Below, piece after piece: positions 60,601-64,000 of a stretch of 64,000 bases of DNA (position 1 is its first letter; each line of letters opens with the position of its first letter). The notes under the pieces are model-generated. The model was not told the DNA's origin, did no database searches, and saw nothing but the letters and a program-made list of their open reading frames with translations. The DNA is from a virus (Duplodnaviria > Caudoviricetes): the IMG/VR virus record IMGVR_UViG_3300032280_000320, positions 1-64,000 of that record; one strand, 5' to 3'. The translations under genes and the position numbers were made by a program.

Positions 60601-63600
60601 AGTTTTTATACCTTTGTAAATTGATCCAGCAGTCATTACTGCAAATATTCCATTTAGAATAAGGTTTGATTTTTCGCTGGCGATTCCCAACTTCTCTAAA
60701 GCTTTTGGCAATAGCATAAATGCAGCTAGTGGTAAAGCTTGCTGTGCAACAACACCTGCAACTGGACCTAGTGCTCCATAATTATATTTTCCACTTTTAA
60801 TCATTCCTCCCAATGCATGGTTAGGAACAATACCTCCACTGTTCATAGGAACAAATAGTTCTGGTCCCTTTTCTCCAACTATGTAAGGTGTGCCACCAGA
60901 TACAGGTCCGCCTTTTTCTCTAGCCTCTAAGCCAAATATTAATTTCTTTAACTCTTCTGTTAATGGAGTATCTTTTCTTGATTCCCAGTTTGTATATCTT
61001 CTTTTAAGTATATCTCTGTCTATTGCAGACAATACCTTTCTTCCTTCTGGTGCGGAAATTGTAGAAGATGCAGCTGATCTAATAACTGAGTCCATAATAT
61101 CTGGCTCTAGTGCTTTTAGTAATTGTCCTTGTGCATTTTTAGAATAGCCATAAGGCATTTCTTTTGCAAGTGCTTCTGCAAACTTGTCATAAAGAATTCT
61201 TTGTGCTCTCTTTGTTAATCCGCTAGAAGCAAATAGCTTTTCTGCCATTCCTATTTCTAGTGATGTTACTCCCCATCCGCCAGTTGTATTCTTTCCAAAT
61301 CCCGCTCCAATTCTACGCATAGCAAGAGATTTAATAACATTGATTAATCCACCACCATTAAATCCATTAGCATCAGATTTAAATTCCATATCACTTAAGC
61401 TTACAGCGTGGCCCTTTTGTCTTGCTCTTAATGCTGCAGCTTCTTCTAATTTAGCAAGTGCTGCTGGCGTCAATGATTTTGGAGCACTTGGCTTAACTGC
61501 TGCATGTATGCCGTGAAGTTCTTTCCAGTTTACATGCCTTGCATCTTCAAGCCTTCTTATCATTGCAGCATAAACTTCTTCTTCTCTTGGAGTTAGACCT
61601 TTAAAGCCAGCAATTGTTTCTTTTAGTCTAGGAAGGACCTCATCAATTTCATTAAGCATTGATTGCTGATATTGCTGAGGAGTCATTCCTCTTGGAATGT
61701 CTACTGTTGATTCTGCAAAGAATCTTTTTGCTCCGCCCTTTACGCCAAGTAAATTAATTCTTGCTTGTTCTCCAACTGATGGCATATCGTCTGCGTATGA
61801 TCTCAGACCAGAAGCTGTTTTAAATACACCCATAGTTCCGCCATCTGCAACAAAACTTCCACCAATGTTACCAGGTGATAAATCTTTGTCTCCTCTTAAT
61901 GCTGATGCGAGTAGCTGTTGGAAGTACTCTTGCTCTGACATTTCTTTTGGCAAGCTTGCAAATCTTGGGTCATAAGGTGATTCAAGAACAAGGAGTTTTC
62001 TTTTGCCTGCTGGATCTGTTGGGTCTATCATTACCCTTATTTCCTGCTGAGGTGTTGTTAATCTATGTGCTCCTTGGTGTATTGCATTATATCTTTGCTC
62101 AGCAAGTGCAGCAGTTTCATCAAGGACTGGCTTAACAAATACTCTTGTTCCGTCTGGCTTTGTGTATACTCCGCCCACTCCTTCGACTGGGAAGCTGTGA
62201 CCTTTTGTATCTTCTTCTTTCTTTCCAAAGTTAGTTGGTTCTTCTTTTGCAAAACGACTCTTGTTTACTGCTTCTGTCGTCTGCTCCATAACCTCTCTAC
62301 GTTTTCTTTGCTCTTGAACCTGCTTAATTGATTTAGGCATTCCAAGAAACAGTCTGCCGTAGTTTCTTTTCTTCTTTAAAATAGGTCCGCCCATTGCAAA
62401 TTCTTCAAATTCATCAAGCTGCATATGGGCAAAAGCTCCACGCTCACCATTAACTGTCATTCCTTTAGGATTGTATGATTCATAAGAACCCATGAAGTCT
62501 GTTCCGAATTCATCATTCTTTGCAATTAATTCATCTACGCTTGTTGTGCCATAAGGATTTATTCCTGTGGCAGCTTTAAATCCAGATTTAGTATCTCCTG
62601 GTTTACGGAATGCTCTTCTTTGTCCAGGTATACCTAAAGACCTAATATATTTCTTTCTTAAACCTAATCTCTTTGCTATCTCTAGATATACATCGTGTTG
62701 TGCTTTTGCAAATAATTTTTCTCCAATTAATGTATCACCATGTGCTTGGAAGTTCCCTACAATTTTATCTCTTGCTTCTAAAACTAATGAGTCTGCCATA
62801 TCGTCATCTATTTTATTTACCTTTAAGAATCTTCTTAGTGCTGGTAGCGCTTCTGAAGGAGGGAGTGACATTATGTCATCTATTATTTCTTGTGGCTTGG
62901 CTGTACTACTATTTATTTTTGAGTTTGTTGTTTTTCTAGTATTGAGTCCCCAGTTACCAACAAAGAAATATCCAAATGGATTTTTAAGTGTGCGTTTTAC
63001 TGGTGCTGCTGCTCCTAGTGTTTCATCAACAAATTTTTGAGCATTAGATCCAGAAGTTGCAACTCTCTTACCCATCTTCATTATTGGAGACAAAAGATCT
63101 TCTGCTGCATCTGTAACAGCCTTTGGCAACTTAACTCTTCCATAATTGTGCTTACCAGAAACAATTGGTCCACCTAAAATTCCGCCTGCATTTCTAAATT
63201 GAATTCTTTGTCCGTTATTTGCCGCCTCTAATATAGGCAACATCTCTTGTGTTTGTTCTGGTGTAAATACTGTCTCATATGGAGTCAGCATTGCATCAAT
63301 CATTCCGCCACGATTATATGGCTTAGTCTTTTTTGCATATTCAACTAGCTGTGGATTATTTCTTGTTGCATCTTGATTTAATACAAAACCACCAACTGGT
63401 ATTTTTGCCATTGTATTGTCATAGTTTACACTCTTGTCACCAGGTACAACTGGGCCATCTTCTAATGTGTATACATATCCACCATCATTAAACCCTCTAG
63501 ATGGACCTCTTTTTGGAAGAATAATTCTTGGCTTAGTGGTTTCTATACTATAGCCTCCGCCTGACGTTCTAACTCCTAAGCCTCTTGCAACATCATCAAC

Positions 63601-64000
63601 AAGTGCTGCGGTTTCTGGCTTATGGAACATTTCTTTCATGTTTGATTTACCAGTTACTGGATCAACTACTGGCTGGCTAGTAAATGGTACTGTTGTTAAA
63701 TTAATACTTCTTCCCATACCTGCTGCAACTTGTGCCGCAGTCTCTGCCATCATTATTTCAATTGTTGCATTAAGTGAAATTATTCTTGCTCTAGCTTGCT
63801 CTACAGTTATTACACCTTGCTGTAGCTGTCTTACAATCATTGCTCCTTCATCAGCCGCCAATGAAGTAAGTTGTTGCATTTGTGGAAGCATCTGTTGATA
63901 AACTGAGGATAACTCATGTGTTACTGTTCCAGTTGCTGCTACTTCCGTTTTTAATAATGTAAGTTCTGCTTGAGACTGGGTTGCAATAGCTGCTGTCATT
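54640..64000 (-). CDS. Tape-measure protein, at least 3119 aa, 5' end outside the window, with embedded kinase-like and OmpA domains
   Basis: Size and position; Ala-rich coiled coil; TMP motifs GGPV..GTPYIVGEKGPELFVP and GPGTGTSDSIPAMLSNGEYV. Confidence 0.9.
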   Translation of the reverse strand, partial: MTAAIATQSQAELTLLKTEVAATGTVTHELSSVYQQMLPQMQQLTSLAADEGAMIVRQLQQGVITVEQARARIISLNATIEIMMAETAAQVAAGMGRSINLTTVPFTSQPVVDPVTGKSNMKEMFHKPETAALVDDVARGLGVRTSGGGYSIETTKPRIILPKRGPSRGFNDGGYVYTLEDGPVVPGDKSVNYDNTMAKIPVGGFVLNQDATRNNPQLVEYAKKTKPYNRGGMIDAMLTPYETVFTPEQTQEMLPILEAANNGQRIQFRNAGGILGGPIVSGKHNYGRVKLPKAVTDAAEDLLSPIMKMGKRVATSGSNAQKFVDETLGAAAPVKRTLKNPFGYFFVGNWGLNTRKTTNSKINSSTAKPQEIIDDIMSLPPSEALPALRRFLKVNKIDDDMADSLVLEARDKIVGNFQAHGDTLIGEKLFAKAQHDVYLEIAKRLGLRKKYIRSLGIPGQRRAFRKPGDTKSGFKAATGINPYGTTSVDELIAKNDEFGTDFMGSYESYNPKGMTVNGERGAFAHMQLDEFEEFAMGGPILKKKRNYGRLFLGMPKSIKQVQEQRKRREVMEQTTEAVNKSRFAKEEPTNFGKKEEDTKGHSFPVEGVGGVYTKPDGTRVFVKPVLDETAALAEQRYNAIHQGAHRLTTPQQEIRVMIDPTDPAGKRKLLVLESPYDPRFASLPKEMSEQEYFQQLLASALRGDKDLSPGNIGGSFVADGGTMGVFKTASGLRSYADDMPSVGEQARINLLGVKGGAKRFFAESTVDIPRGMTPQQYQQSMLNEIDEVLPRLKETIAGFKGLTPREEEVYAAMIRRLEDARHVNWKELHGIHAAVKPSAPKSLTPAALAKLEEAAALRARQKGHAVSLSDMEFKSDANGFNGGGLINVIKSLAMRRIGAGFGKNTTGGWGVTSLEIGMAEKLFASSGLTKRAQRILYDKFAEALAKEMPYGYSKNAQGQLLKALEPDIMDSVIRSAASSTISAPEGRKVLSAIDRDILKRRYTNWESRKDTPLTEELKKLIFGLEAREKGGPVSGGTPYIVGEKGPELFVPMNSGGIVPNHALGGMIKSGKYNYGALGPVAGVVAQQALPLAAFMLLPKALEKLGIASEKSNLILNGIFAVMTAGSIYKGIKTAKAAKAGGAVGEATAAVAAERNVGKFGQTLGKLNAAGKAIPGWGKVAIFALTTLATVSYGAWENARKARLASQEALDVNEIQAKQLGITYTSLTDKIKKATEAAKAQGELAKIKAAGSTAIGGGINMSVKELNALQKKAKETQGDIVQMFNNLDENDVTKAATALKVQLVAAGKSAQEAAKEIYSIISVSNKAAQATAAVSSSEFLRVVDRASAARVAIETFVKSIEGADVDKKEIAASFSGGLDAIQLYYQSLVGIKDETGKAKTQTEALNDTIEQMNANKNNQKDIGDDILNLLVKENPLYKDILNSNDSMVDAWAKIQLYTNGVTANLSGLSGQEAQDLLQVVTAISQAASEMTTNANLLNNPIDAIADYGTAAKLAYDKAKKASDDATKNAQKNADAEIKALDKKIEKINEEADARIRAIEDQAEKQDYLTEVQKEQLNYQQALLAGDMSRAAQSQLNIQSLTNERQKTLSIDAIQDKRDAEVKKLEEAKAAVQERLIKLQEKANKLQEIANIKQKEYASIQALQQSIATTISKAGMTTDEGVLGTLAKALQSDVAALAAINSEGAAAAKTVTAGVPITAGKTVTGPKGLSFQQPGSADWLTYLKKITNDPGGASNSAVEYAEKYFDGFGEHVDSFGMYVKKLLGLPEVGEANAFANAKGAPIKLTFDKKTGQYIDSSGKVYKESERFFMPKPAEDTPGGAQYKSFKHPDPTKRGTTIREEDGRNKFKDYIDPKTGYTYTADGRVTDKNGKIIGRWASENYASNPWDKKVVSYNKGGKVKYFEPGGKVSGPGTGTSDSIPAMLSNGEYVIKEKAVKQYGVNFFDKLNAQRLHKGGPVGHRHGSTTEGVEQGGKLMGPIEAWQDANKQVVKIEVPPITANFDTNSYTLNKEQRLELQKIAKDLIKHKLASIVVQGHTDSVGKEKDNKILSQNRANAIAEYMSKFVPGTAFTPVGYGEYRPLVPNTTSENKAKNRRAELFLPDKYKTIYPDYIPENHEYSWSRGMLVGGGEIVGNQGTMVSGGSMHSVVNWSKLFKKIKSGLGFHKGGLVGHKHLSPGHMASSYKAPYSGPSMSALSPARAAANSKATDKFYEKDGNYYKNENGEWVKNPPSLWETFTTSKNWTAAIGGNNPGGPIHTEMQNILLTALVGAGGAQRYQDGRDWAKGEYLTAAINVALARVGGANGNALMRSIVEGFGAAKGIPNLGHLLPKGSIPFLGASGSKIATNAATAAVIGAARPFVENRVASVIQKPKITATAEQMKPNNNYPPFVVHEGNKVPLHSGGPFGNDAVVFQGTNENLGSLLTNHQVSDIIPTTPEGILSYILKKDPKNKKAQILLDKMNNNKWDDKQVREFLMNMLAAGSINLRKIDTDLLPISMLGQDLRMPELATSLDSAGLTQLISATLGSAKDDIAIRTKTKAMSPILARSAKEYAENAKEQAALIAAATERAGGVKGGFHGFRGEVPLTRAEIAAYRARGMDPYAPPTPDDIPMIRVFNEEFPTADASGDLLETAAGFKIFDRFVGPKGSVAGTDKAADYAVARTSRHFGIYDAVQSHFQGSWKPDKPFIVSTLSNLMKYNGKPEQLHSIDSFFLQKFGKPFKYSKKEGQLSSVFPLEESAYIKRLTELGLYKQGDPLPIMAENPSTKEIFYLAKEKYSQSELDQILKEINENSNLRPAAQVDDAMRARPNHERVFGNQDLYMPARSSYEVDTPMSAQRALQIIAIDKAKKQIGIDQPYLYAVGGEHHSLNQDVIQEVASKLGVRFDGGHNSGDLDMLAKGSGSNPFTYLLNEYKTSVGTPNTGTTTATKALDALLMWTRFGKYESGKTYPNPSDLKAMQEFIINQYARGFISGTEMDAKLAQIAGLQSKRITGATGGYLSGGKFNIPRFETGINNVPANMLAMLHKNEAVVPANMNPFNPNANNATMGGGVYNITNNINGYDGDINALSDMVTRKTVESIKTMSKISVKSMGESRSLGSGLEVKA
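57433..58095. repeat. 30-bp direct repeats flanking the OmpA cassette
   Basis: 57433-57462 and 58066-58095 match at 26/30; encode HKGG(L/P)VGH(K/R)H. Confidence 0.85.

Overview
A 64-kb segment of a large, AT-rich tailed-phage genome with essentially every gene on the minus strand and no host housekeeping operons. WhiB, an MSMEG_6728-type glycosylase, a short-variable-arm tRNA-Leu(TAA), many leaderless TANNNT promoters and the gene order point to an actinobacterial host, probably a freshwater lineage, with an architecture reminiscent of large Streptomyces siphoviruses. In transcription order (right to left) the window holds: (1) a giant, N-terminally truncated tape-measure protein and tail genes; (2) a replication/recombination block (DnaB, DnaG, two SSBs, DnaE, RecA, Cas4-like nuclease, RuvC); (3) glyco/methyltransferases and terminase; (4) tRNAs flanking a catalase-peroxidase (katG), then a CHAP endolysin, nuclease, Hsp20 and an APS kinase-nucleotidyltransferase fusion; (5) secreted/surface proteins and proteases; (6) an accessory region of micro-ORFs, 2OG-Fe(II) oxygenases, sulfotransferases and a glycosyltransferase. 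The best candidates for novelty are a tape-measure protein built from GG-motif-delimited cargo cassettes (kinase-like, repeat-flanked OmpA, unknown domains), a possible phage-encoded hydroxylation/glycosylation/sulfation pathway with its own PAPS supply, phage KatG, and a twice-occurring covarying RNA pseudoknot. All calls come from motif recognition by eye; no searches were run.
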